DNA of 64,000 bases from Candidatus Acidiferrum sp. (GTDB lineage: Bacteria; Verrucomicrobiota; Verrucomicrobiia; Limisphaerales; UBA11358), in the NCBI GenBank assembly GCA_035506715.1, contig DATJOW010000095.1:5393-69392 (forward strand), in the 5' to 3' direction. The first letter of the stretch is position 1, and every line of letters starts with the position of its first letter. The notes under the pieces were generated by a model, which had not been told where the DNA came from, made no database searches, and saw only the letters and a program-made list of their open reading frames with translations. This document shows, piece after piece, positions 8,782 to 17,275 of the stretch. A program made the position numbers and the translations under genes.

Positions 8782-9125
8782 TAAGAGTTTTCTGGCAGAA
8801 GCTGGCGCTCTTCCGGCGGGCTGAATTTCTCTCGGCCCGGGACTTGTGGCAGCGGGCCGTCGCCATCAGCGCCTTGTTTTTATTGGCGCATCTTGCCGGC
8901 CTTCGTGAATTTACCAGTGTCTTGAACGGAACGGTTGGCTCGACGGCCGTGGATGCGAGGCTGGGGATTTTTCTGGCGGCATTTTATATCCTGTTGTACC
9001 TGGCGTTCGTTGTCCTGGTGCCCGTGTTGATCCTCGCCGCAATGATCCTTGCAATTTGGCAACGATGCGTGCGCGCATCAGGCAGGTCTCGAACAACTGA
9101 ACGGGTTGGAAACGATCTGGTCTAA
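8778..9125 (+). CDS. Small membrane protein
   Basis: The ATG at 8778 overlaps the upstream stop (ATGA). Two hydrophobic helices (AISALFLLAHLAGL; IFLAAFYILLYLAFVVLVPVLILAAMILAIW). Confidence 0.55.
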   Translation: MIRVFWQKLALFRRAEFLSARDLWQRAVAISALFLLAHLAGLREFTSVLNGTVGSTAVDARLGIFLAAFYILLYLAFVVLVPVLILAAMILAIWQRCVRASGRSRTTERVGNDLV

Positions 9126-9139
9126 AAGACGACTACGTT

Positions 9140-9862
9140 ATGAAGTACCTGAAGCTGCCTTTTCAGCGCGAGACCCGGGCGCCCGTGCTGGCGTTATTGT
9201 TCGCCTCCGCCATCAGCCTGGTCCTGGTCGGCGCGTGCATGGTTTGGACGAAAAATCTCCACTACGGCCTGCTGGTCTGGAATCTGTTTCTGGCCTGGCT
9301 GCCGCTCGGGTTCGCCCTGCTGGCGCGGGATGCTCTGCGCTCGTCGCCGGAGCGGACGTGGCGTTTTTGGGGTCTGGCCGCCCTTTGGCTGCTGTTCTTT
9401 CCCAATGCCCCATACATTTTTACCGACCTGGTGCACCTCTGGACGAGCTTCCGGCTGCAGTTCTGGATTGACCTCACTTTGATCCTGCTGTGCGCGCTGA
9501 CCGGGCTGGTGCTCGGTTTTGTCTCGCTGTACCTGATGCAATCCGTCGTAGCCCGGCGGTTCGGCCGCGCGGCGGGCTGGTTGTTTGTGGTGCTGGCCAC
9601 GGGGCTGTGCAGCATCGGCATCTATCTGGGCCGGTTTCTCCGCTTCAACAGCTGGGACGTGTTCCTGCGGCCGGGCAAAATTTATCACGGCCTGGACGCC
9701 TGGGCCGCCAGTCCGATGATCAACACGGCGTCCGCGGCGTTTCTGGTGGTCTTTTCGGTGTTCGTTTTTATCGCCTACCTGATGCTTTATGCCTTGACAC
9801 GGCTGCCCCACGCCGATGTCGGTCCCCTCTCCGCGGAGAACCGCCGGCGGGAAGACCCCTGA
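9140..9862 (+). CDS. Integral membrane protein, DUF1361-like
   Basis: Six or more hydrophobic segments. The FFPNAPYIFTDLVHL and RFNSWDV motifs resemble DUF1361 as I recall it. Confidence 0.5.
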   Translation: MKYLKLPFQRETRAPVLALLFASAISLVLVGACMVWTKNLHYGLLVWNLFLAWLPLGFALLARDALRSSPERTWRFWGLAALWLLFFPNAPYIFTDLVHLWTSFRLQFWIDLTLILLCALTGLVLGFVSLYLMQSVVARRFGRAAGWLFVVLATGLCSIGIYLGRFLRFNSWDVFLRPGKIYHGLDAWAASPMINTASAAFLVVFSVFVFIAYLMLYALTRLPHADVGPLSAENRRREDP

Positions 9863-10172
9863 GGTTCGCAAGCATCCGTCGCTTGGCCCCAAACAAATTT
9901 GACCGCCTGGCGCGCCATGCAAACCATGTGCGGAACGGAACTTCAACGGCACTAGGACGGGCGCGCCTCAACCGCTTCGAGCTTTTCTTCCAAATCTGAC
10001 TCGCGAACCAGGCTGTCCGCGCTCCGTGCAGCGTGGCACTGCTTTCCCTTTTGGCGGACAACTCGCCGCATATTCCTGTGTGTTGTCCTATAATTGAGAA
10101 AAATATAAGCTGAAAAACACTGAAAGAAACGCGCTCGCCCTCACGAGTTATAGGCGGATGCAATCATCACTT

Positions 10173-11054
10173 ATGAAAACAACCATTAAAAGGCACCTCC
10201 CCGGGTATCCCGCGCGGGCAACCTGGCACCTCCATGCCCCTCCAGCGTTTACTCTCATCGAGTTACTCGTGGTCATCGCCACGCTGGCCGTGCTGTCGGC
10301 GATGCTCCTGCCCGCGCTGGCGGGGACGCGGGCGCAACCCAAGACGACGGCCTGCGCCGCCAACTTCCGGCAATGGACGGTGTCGGTCAATTTGTACGCC
10401 AACGACCACCTGGATTGGCTGCCACGTTTTGATTGGAACGGCGGCGGCGGCAGTTATCTCTGGGATGTTTCGACCAACTTCATTCCCGGCCTGGCGCCTT
10501 ATGGATTGACCGTCCCGATGTGGTTTTGTCCCGTCCGGCCCAACGAATTTGACGATGCGCAAAAAGGATACGGCAAGCCCATCGTCACCATCCAAGACCT
10601 GCAGGCAACTTTTGGCAGCGGTCCCTTCATCGAGGTCATCTTAAGGCATAACTGGTGGGGGCAGCGCAGCGGGGTGATTCCGGCTAGTTCCGGTTCTCTT
10701 TTCCCGCCGGACTCAAATTCCAATCCACTGTTTCTGGCGCTGAATTCATGGGCGAGGGGCACCCCGCTCGGCCTTTACGGCGCCCCCAGAAAACTGCACG
10801 ACAACGCGGCTGCGCATGTGCCGTTCATCAGCGACAAGGCTGGTTCCAGTCTCCATAGTTCTCAAGGATTTGCCATGCCCCAGTCCGGCAAGGCGTCAAC
10901 CAGTCCCAACGATTGCAGTCCCAACACCGCGCATTTCGTCAATGGCGTCCTGCTGGGCGTCAATGCCGCCTACGCCGACGGTCACGTGGAACCGCACAGC
11001 AAGGTCCAGATGAACTGCGGCTATTCTCAAGGCGACCCCTACTGGTTTTACTGA
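10173..11054 (+). CDS. Prepilin-type N-terminal cleavage/methylation domain protein (DUF1559/H-X9-DG pseudopilin family)
   Basis: FTLIELLVVIATLAVLSAMLLPAL prepilin motif. C-terminal HFVNGVLLGVNAAYADGHV (H-X9-DG-like). I prefer the ATG at 10173. Confidence 0.85.
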   Translation: MKTTIKRHLPGYPARATWHLHAPPAFTLIELLVVIATLAVLSAMLLPALAGTRAQPKTTACAANFRQWTVSVNLYANDHLDWLPRFDWNGGGGSYLWDVSTNFIPGLAPYGLTVPMWFCPVRPNEFDDAQKGYGKPIVTIQDLQATFGSGPFIEVILRHNWWGQRSGVIPASSGSLFPPDSNSNPLFLALNSWARGTPLGLYGAPRKLHDNAAAHVPFISDKAGSSLHSSQGFAMPQSGKASTSPNDCSPNTAHFVNGVLLGVNAAYADGHVEPHSKVQMNCGYSQGDPYWFY

Positions 11055-11085
11055 CTTTATGAACCACACCTGAAAGGAATTTCGT

Positions 11086-14000
11086 ATGCAGACAAACAAT
11101 TTCTCTGCGTTCCTTGAAAACTTGTTCAACCTGAAGGCACCACGCCGTTCTGCTCTCGAGCGCGCGATGCTGCTGTTCGGGATGGTTGCCGGTGTGGCTG
11201 TATCGTCCACCTCCATTCGGGCCGACTGGCCACCGGCGCAGTTGGTGTCGGCGCACGATCCGGCCGTGGTGCCGCCGGCCGGTGGCAACGGTGATTGGCT
11301 GGATGCCTCGGTCAGTCCCGACGGCCGGTTCGCGGTCTTTTCCAGCGCCGCCGGTGACCTCGTGCCGGGCGACGACCGGCAGTTCGTTTTGAATGTGTAC
11401 CTGCGCGATCGAGCCAGCAACACCACCGTCCGGGTCATCCAGAATCTGGCCGGAACCGGCGGGGGCAATGCGCCGTCGTATTTCGGCCAGGTCTCCACCA
11501 ACGGCCAGTTCGTCCTCTTCGAGAGCGGTGCCAACAACCTGGCGGCCGCCGACACCAACTTCAGCGGGGACATTTTCGTTCGCAACGTGCCGGCCGGGAC
11601 CAACATCCTCGTGAGCGTGGCGGCCAATGGCGGGCCGGCCAATGGCAGCTCTTACGATGCCGTGATGACACCGGACGGCCGCTACGTGGCCTTTGTCAGC
11701 CAGGCAACCAACCTGGTGGCCGGCGACAACAATGGATCATCCGATGTTTTCCTGCGGGATCTGGTGGCCGGCACCACCACCTTGATAAGCGTCGGCGCAA
11801 CCGGATCAGGGACAACCATGGCTGCGCCACAAATTACGCCGGATGGGCGGTATGTGGCGTTTTTCAGCACGGCCACGGGACTGGTGGCCAACGGCAACCC
11901 GTCCGCGAACGGCGAGATTTATGTGCGTGACCGTTTGGGAGGAACGACGCGGTGGGCCAGCACCAATGCCGCGGCCATGGTGCAGGCCGCGTTCGGCGCA
12001 GCCGCCCCGACCGTCATCGTTTCCTATCGGCCACGCTTGAGTGATGACGCGCGATACGTAGCCTTTATGTCCGGAGCCACGAACGTGACCAAAGGCGCGG
12101 TCGTTCTGCTGTATGACCGGTTGGCAAACACGACCACGCTGGTCACAACCAACGCGCTGGCATCTTTAGCCGCTGGCACCTCGTATCCGCCAGCTTACGG
12201 GACGACGGAAAACCGGTTTGGCCCCGAGATGACACCAGACGGACGGTTCATCGCTTATGCGAGCCGCGAACCCGCCGCGGGTGGAACGAATGCAAGCGTT
12301 CACGTGTGGGATTCGCTGGCCAGGTCCGACTGGGCGGTGAGCACCAATGCGAACGGCGTCCCGACCAACACGATTTCCTACACGCCGGCGCTCAGCGGCA
12401 ACGGCGGCTTTGTCGCGTTTCTCAGCAACGCGACGAACCTGGTCGCCAACCCGGTGTCGCCCGCCTTTCACTTGTATCTTTGCAACCTCCAAATCGGCGC
12501 CCTGCAATTGGTGGACGTGGACACCAACGGCACGGGATCAACCGACGTCGGGAACACCTTCCCCAGCCTGAGCGCGGATGGGCAGATGGTGATTTTCACC
12601 GCACCGGATGGCGGTTTCGTTTCCGGGGACTGGAACAATGCCTCCGACGTGTTCGCGCGGGACACGCTGGCCGGAACGAACGAGCTGATTTCACAGCGGA
12701 ACCCGGCGCTGGCTTCGGCGGTGGGCAACGGCCTCACCCGCAAGTCGCCTTATTCCCTCAGCAGCGACGGCCGCTGGTTCGTGTTTGAAAGTTCCGCCAA
12801 TGATTTGTTGCCGAACGACACCAACGGCTGTTACGACATCTTTCTCAAAGATCTGTGGACCGGCCAGATCGCTCTTGTCAGTGCCGCGGCGGACGGCACC
12901 CCGGCATTGGGCGGCAACAGTTATGGCGGGGTGTTCAGTGCCAATGGCCGGTACGTGGTTTTTGCCGGCGCGGCGACCAACCTGGCCGCGACCGCGACGG
13001 CTACGAACCTTAATATTTATCGCAAAGACCTGCTGACCGGCGCCCTTCTGCTGGTCAGCGTGGCCAGCAACGGCACTGGCGCTGCGGACGGCAACTGTTG
13101 GGACGCGGTCGTCAGCGCGGACGGGCGGTATGTGACCTTCCTGAGCACGGCCCAGAATCTAACTCCCGGCACCTCCACCGCCGGCCCCGCCAACACCTTC
13201 TGGCGCGACATGAATGCCGGCAGCACCGTCGTGTTGAACTCCGCCAATCTCAACTCCACGTTCCTGCCGTCGATGAGCGCCAACGGGCGCTTCGTGGCCT
13301 ATCAAACCAACCAATTGAACCAGATGAGAATTCGGGACACGCAGCTGGGCCGGGATATCTACACCAATTCGGCAACGATCCTGTCGGCCGCCATCAGCCC
13401 GGACGGCACCCGCATTCTCTACCGGCGGACTTCGCCCGACCAGGTATGTGTGGATCAGATTGCGACCCGCGTGGTGCTCCTGTCCTTCAGCAGCACCGCT
13501 CCGGTTCAAAGTTCCGGCCAGTGGAGCAGCGATAGCCGCTACGTCGTATTTGCCGGAAACACCAACGCGACCACTGCGACCTTTGTCGGCGATCTGGCCG
13601 CGAGCAATATAGCGCTGGTCAGCTTTAACGCCGCCAATGGCAGCGTGGCCAACGCGCCTTCGGATACGCCCATGATCAGCGGGGATGGTCGCTACGTAGC
13701 CTACCGCAGTTACGCCACCAACATCGTCACCGGCGACACCAATCCGGCGCCGAAAATCTTTCTGTTCGACCGGTTCTCCAATCAAAATGCAATCCTCAGC
13801 CCCTCCCAAATTGACGCCGCGCCTGCGCCGTGGATTTCCGTGCCGGTCATCAGTGGCGGCGCGGATAATGTGGTGTTCCTGAGCGCCGGATCCGATTTGG
13901 TGACGAACGATTTGAATCGCGTTCCCGATGCCTTCGCCGTCCGGGTGCTATACCACATCCAGATGACACCGGTGACCGCGCCCGGCGGGACCACCGCGCT

Positions 14001-14172
14001 GACCTGGCAGACGGTGCCCGCGCGAACCTACGCGGTGGAGTTCAAGAATAACTTGAGCGACCCGCAATGGCAGGATTCGGGCGCGACCATCTCGTTCGTC
14101 AGCAACGAAGGCATGGCCACCGTGCCGGTGGATCAGCCGAGCCGATTTTATCGCGTCGTCGAAAATCAATGA
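11086..14172 (+). CDS. Secreted PD40/TolB-like beta-propeller repeat protein (about 16 repeats) with a C-terminal beta-sandwich tail
   Basis: Sixteen recurrences of the pattern S/TPDGRyVaFxSxAtNLvxxDtNgxxDvFlrD (for example SPDGRFAVFSS, TPDGRYVAFVS, SADGRYVTFLS). The tail ends ...YAVEFKNNLSDPQWQD...SRFYRVVENQ. Confidence 0.8.
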   Translation: MQTNNFSAFLENLFNLKAPRRSALERAMLLFGMVAGVAVSSTSIRADWPPAQLVSAHDPAVVPPAGGNGDWLDASVSPDGRFAVFSSAAGDLVPGDDRQFVLNVYLRDRASNTTVRVIQNLAGTGGGNAPSYFGQVSTNGQFVLFESGANNLAAADTNFSGDIFVRNVPAGTNILVSVAANGGPANGSSYDAVMTPDGRYVAFVSQATNLVAGDNNGSSDVFLRDLVAGTTTLISVGATGSGTTMAAPQITPDGRYVAFFSTATGLVANGNPSANGEIYVRDRLGGTTRWASTNAAAMVQAAFGAAAPTVIVSYRPRLSDDARYVAFMSGATNVTKGAVVLLYDRLANTTTLVTTNALASLAAGTSYPPAYGTTENRFGPEMTPDGRFIAYASREPAAGGTNASVHVWDSLARSDWAVSTNANGVPTNTISYTPALSGNGGFVAFLSNATNLVANPVSPAFHLYLCNLQIGALQLVDVDTNGTGSTDVGNTFPSLSADGQMVIFTAPDGGFVSGDWNNASDVFARDTLAGTNELISQRNPALASAVGNGLTRKSPYSLSSDGRWFVFESSANDLLPNDTNGCYDIFLKDLWTGQIALVSAAADGTPALGGNSYGGVFSANGRYVVFAGAATNLAATATATNLNIYRKDLLTGALLLVSVASNGTGAADGNCWDAVVSADGRYVTFLSTAQNLTPGTSTAGPANTFWRDMNAGSTVVLNSANLNSTFLPSMSANGRFVAYQTNQLNQMRIRDTQLGRDIYTNSATILSAAISPDGTRILYRRTSPDQVCVDQIATRVVLLSFSSTAPVQSSGQWSSDSRYVVFAGNTNATTATFVGDLAASNIALVSFNAANGSVANAPSDTPMISGDGRYVAYRSYATNIVTGDTNPAPKIFLFDRFSNQNAILSPSQIDAAPAPWISVPVISGGADNVVFLSAGSDLVTNDLNRVPDAFAVRVLYHIQMTPVTAPGGTTALTWQTVPARTYAVEFKNNLSDPQWQDSGATISFVSNEGMATVPVDQPSRFYRVVENQ

Positions 14173-14302
14173 AGCCGCACCGTTGACTTGTCCGCCGAGC
14201 CCCATCAGAGAAAACGTGAGGGGCGTGGACCAAGTCTGTCAAAACCGGTTGATGGCACCAGCCAGACAAATTTACCGGCCGGGCGCGTCCAACGGTTAGA
14301 CC

Positions 14303-14821
14303 ATGCGCGGACCGGATCTTGAACGGCTCTACGACGAGCACGCCCAGTCGCTTTACGCTTTTCTCCTGCATCTCACCCGCGACGAGGCCGATACCCGGGA
14401 TTTGCTCCAAGAGGTCTTCATTAAACTGGCCCGCCATCCGGAATGGTTGGACGGCGTCCGCGACGAGCGCGCGTTCCTTATCCGGCTGGCGCACAATGCA
14501 GCGATTGACCTCATGCGCCGGCGCGGCGTACGGGAGCGGGCCCGGGACAACTGCGCCAGAGAAACTTCTTCTCTCTTTGCCCCCGCCCCGGATCCGGACA
14601 CGGAAATCTTTCGCGAGGAACTGTCGCGGGCGCTGGCCGAACTGCCGCCGGAGCAACGGGCCGTGGTGCATTTGAAGTTGTGGGCCGGTCTGACCTTCGA
14701 GGAAATCGCCGACACCCAGGAGATTCCGCTCAACACGGCGGCCAGCCGGTACCGCTATGGTCTAGACAAATTGCGCGAGCGGCTGCGTCCTCTTTACGAA
14801 GAAATGAAGCAGGCAGAATGA
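14303..14821 (+). CDS. ECF-type RNA polymerase sigma factor
   Basis: Region 2 (DLLQEVFIKLA...FLIRLAHNAAIDLMRRR) and region 4 (LPPEQRAVVHLKLWAGLTFEEIADTQEIPLNTAASRYRYGLDKLR). Confidence 0.9.
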   Translation: MRGPDLERLYDEHAQSLYAFLLHLTRDEADTRDLLQEVFIKLARHPEWLDGVRDERAFLIRLAHNAAIDLMRRRGVRERARDNCARETSSLFAPAPDPDTEIFREELSRALAELPPEQRAVVHLKLWAGLTFEEIADTQEIPLNTAASRYRYGLDKLRERLRPLYEEMKQAE

Positions 14822-15252
14822 TGAATGAAGAAACGGAACCGTTTGAACGGCGCTTGAGCCGTCAGCCATTGCGGCAGATTCCCGCCGGCTGGCGCAAGGA
14901 AATCCTGGGCGAGGCGGACAAGGTAGGGACAGCGCGTCGCGCTGTCCGCGGACGCCGCAGCGCGGCGTCCCTACCCGACTGGATTTCAAATTTGCTGTGG
15001 CCTCATCCCGCCGCCTGGGCGGGGCTGGCAGCAGTTTGGCTTGTTGTACTTGCCGTGAACGTTTCGATCCGCGACCGCGCACCGGCGCTGGCGGAAAAAT
15101 TCACGCCGCCGCCGGAAGTAATGGTGGAACTGAAACGACAGCAACGGTTGCTGGCGGAGTTGATCGGACCGCGCGAGGCCCGTGATGCCGACCGCGCCAA
15201 ACCGTTGGTGCCGCGGCCGCGAACGGAGAGCGGCGAGTTTGTGGCGGTGTGA
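14818..15252 (+). CDS. Putative single-pass anti-sigma factor
   Basis: The ATG at 14818 overlaps the sigma stop (ATGA). One TM segment (AAWAGLAAVWLVVLAVNV). The call rests on position only; no conserved anti-sigma motif was recognised. Confidence 0.5.
   Translation: MMNEETEPFERRLSRQPLRQIPAGWRKEILGEADKVGTARRAVRGRRSAASLPDWISNLLWPHPAAWAGLAAVWLVVLAVNVSIRDRAPALAEKFTPPPEVMVELKRQQRLLAELIGPREARDADRAKPLVPRPRTESGEFVAV
14922..14975. repeat. REP-like nested palindrome (54 nt) inserted in frame in the anti-sigma gene
   Basis: Outer stem GGTAGGGAC/GTCCCTACC encloses two perfect hairpins: GACAGCGCG-t-CGCGCTGTC (its outer GAC is shared with the 3' end of the outer-stem arm) and GGACGCCGC-agc-GCGGCGTCC. It translates as VGTARRAVRGRRSAASLP. 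Confidence 0.75.
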
Positions 15253-15348
15253 ACCTTTATTGTCGGCGACGACGTAAGGAGTCTCATTTCAAAGCCGCAA
15301 ACCGAATGACCAGAGACTCGTCACCTTGGCTCCTGCAAAATCGATTGT

Positions 15349-17109
15349 ATGAATGAAGAACCCAAAAGCATCTGGAAAAAATCGTTGACCGGCTGGTGCA
15401 TCCTGTCCGTTGTCGCGTTGCTTCTGGCTTTCGCGGGATTTCTAGCGGCGCTGGCGAGCAGTCTATTTCATTTCGACAACAGCAAACTTTTCGGCCTGTC
15501 TTTTTTTGTCAACTGGCTGATTCTCACCATTGGCGCGGCAGCCACCTTTCTGGTGTTGATCCTGCTCTTCCGCTTCATCCGGTGGCTGTATTGTTGGCGT
15601 AACTTCAAGCGATTTCTTTTCGCGGTCGCGTGTCTGGCCACACTGATCGCGTTGTTCTACGCCGAGGAAGACTGGCGCGGCAAACATGCCTGGGAAACAT
15701 TCAAACGCGAGTGGGAGGCCAAAGGCGAACGTTTCGATCGCGCCAGCGTGGTTCCGCCGCCGGTGCCGGACGACCAGAATTTTGCGCTGACGCCGATTGT
15801 CTTTACCAGTTACGGCCAATTGCTGACGCGCGACGGGAAATTCATTCCCTGGGCTGAACGCGACACCAACTTCGTCAACCGGCTGCAAGTGAACATTGGT
15901 GGCCCCCAGCCCTGGCCGACCAATGGTGATTGGCGCCTGGCGCGCGTCAGCGATTTAAGCGCCTGGCAACAGTATTATCGGGCCCTGGCCGCCAAAACGA
16001 ATCAGTTCCCCGTCCCGCCCCAACCGGTATCGCCCGCCGCCGATGTCCTCTTCGCGTTGGGCAAGTACGATTCAACGATCGAGGAGCTGCGGCAAGCCGG
16101 CCAACTGCCTGATTCACGTTTTCCGCTGGAATATGACAAGGATGACCCGGCGGCGATGCTGTTGCCGCACCTAGCGCCGCTGAAAAATTGCGCCCAGGTT
16201 TTACAATTGCGCGCCTTGGCGGAATTGCAGAACGGCCAAAGCGACCGGGCGCTGGCCGACGTAAAACTCATTTTGCGCCTGGCGGATTCGCTCCGCTCGG
16301 AGCCCATTCTGATTTCGCAGCTGGTCCGCGCTGCACTGGTGAATCTCGCGCTCCAGCCGATCTGGGAGGGGCTCCGGCAACGCCAATGGTCGGACGCCCA
16401 ATTGATCGAACTGGGAAATGACCTGGCGAAGACAGATTTTTTGGCTGCCAGCGAACTTGCCTTGCGCGGAGAACGCATCTGGGGTGTTGAAATCATAGAA
16501 TATTTGCGACATTTGACTTACCGGGAAAGGCTGCGCACCCTTTCCGCTTTTGGCAGCAATCTCAAACTCGAGGACGAAATTTTCCTTTGTCTCGGCCCGG
16601 CTGGATGGTTTGACCAAAGCGAACTCCGAATTAGTCGTTTCCTTCTCCGGCACTATTCGCCGGTGGTAAATCTTGACCGGCAAATAGTTTCTCCTGTTGC
16701 TGTGCGAAACGCGGATGAGGCATTCGGCGCGGAAGTTGGCCATTCCGGCAATGGTAATTTTTTTGAGCGATTATTACTGTCGGCCGCGGGCAACGTAGTG
16801 GAGAAATTAGCCTGCGGGCAAAATGCGGTGAACCTGGCGCGTACGGCCTGTGCGTTGGAGCGTTACCGCCTCGCGCATGGCCAATATCCGGAATCGCTGG
16901 ACGCGCTGGTGCCGCAATTCATCGCCCAGCCGCTGCATGATGTCATCAACGGCCAACCGCTGCATTATCGACGCACGAATGATGGCCAATTCGTCCTTTA
17001 TTCCGTCGGCTGGAACGAGACGGATGACGGCGGGGAAGTCGGCTTCACCAAACAAGGCGGTCTGGACATCAGCACCGGTGACTGGGTCTGGCAGTATCCG
17101 CAGAAATAA
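15349..17109 (+). CDS. Membrane protein, unknown function, with a GspG-like C-terminal motif
   Basis: Three N-terminal TM helices. The C-terminus LHYRRTNDGQFVLYSVGWNETDDGGEV resembles the conserved C-terminal sheet of type II secretion pseudopilins. Confidence 0.5.
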   Translation: MNEEPKSIWKKSLTGWCILSVVALLLAFAGFLAALASSLFHFDNSKLFGLSFFVNWLILTIGAAATFLVLILLFRFIRWLYCWRNFKRFLFAVACLATLIALFYAEEDWRGKHAWETFKREWEAKGERFDRASVVPPPVPDDQNFALTPIVFTSYGQLLTRDGKFIPWAERDTNFVNRLQVNIGGPQPWPTNGDWRLARVSDLSAWQQYYRALAAKTNQFPVPPQPVSPAADVLFALGKYDSTIEELRQAGQLPDSRFPLEYDKDDPAAMLLPHLAPLKNCAQVLQLRALAELQNGQSDRALADVKLILRLADSLRSEPILISQLVRAALVNLALQPIWEGLRQRQWSDAQLIELGNDLAKTDFLAASELALRGERIWGVEIIEYLRHLTYRERLRTLSAFGSNLKLEDEIFLCLGPAGWFDQSELRISRFLLRHYSPVVNLDRQIVSPVAVRNADEAFGAEVGHSGNGNFFERLLLSAAGNVVEKLACGQNAVNLARTACALERYRLAHGQYPESLDALVPQFIAQPLHDVINGQPLHYRRTNDGQFVLYSVGWNETDDGGEVGFTKQGGLDISTGDWVWQYPQK

Positions 17110-17110
17110 A

Positions 17111-17245
17111 AGCTCCAAGCTCCAACATCCAAGCTCCAGAGAAATCTCAAGCCTCAAGCGCCAAACCAAAACCATCATCGCCGCGTTTTCTTGTTTGGCT
17201 GTTGGAATTTCTCTGGAGCTTGGTGCCTGGAATTTGGGGGTTTTT
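17111..17245. repeat. Long imperfect inverted repeat built from period-7 units
   Basis: Left arm: AGCTCCA AGCTCCA ACATCCA AGCTCCA GAGAAAT CTCAAGC CTCAAGC GCCAAAC. The 17-nt core CCAAGCTCCAGAGAAAT (17129-17145) is perfectly complementary to 17207-17223. The element ends in GGGGGTTTTT. Confidence 0.75.
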
Positions 17246-17275
17246 ATCCATACCCATCCGTGGTTAAATGGCCTC

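Noticed and set aside
3666-9862. Calling the ispH/radical SAM cluster a hopanoid (hpn) locus
   Set aside because: No squalene-hopene cyclase, hpnH or hpnG is in the window. ispH adjacency and B12-type radical SAM enzymes alone are insufficient, so this is kept only as a general isoprenoid-modification hypothesis.
9904-9970. Two GGCGCGCC octamers about 50 nt apart after the DUF1361-like gene, as a possible terminator
   Set aside because: The loop is very long, there is no U-tract, and the self-complementary octamer is expected by chance in GC-rich DNA.
16850-17275. N-terminal extensions of tracked ORFs (16850, 40202..41065, 51721..51810, 20219..20323, 19924..20040, 42597..42662)
   Set aside because: The extensions run through upstream genes or intergenic repeats and lack family similarity. 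Internal starts give proteins of canonical length with proper N-termini or signal peptides.
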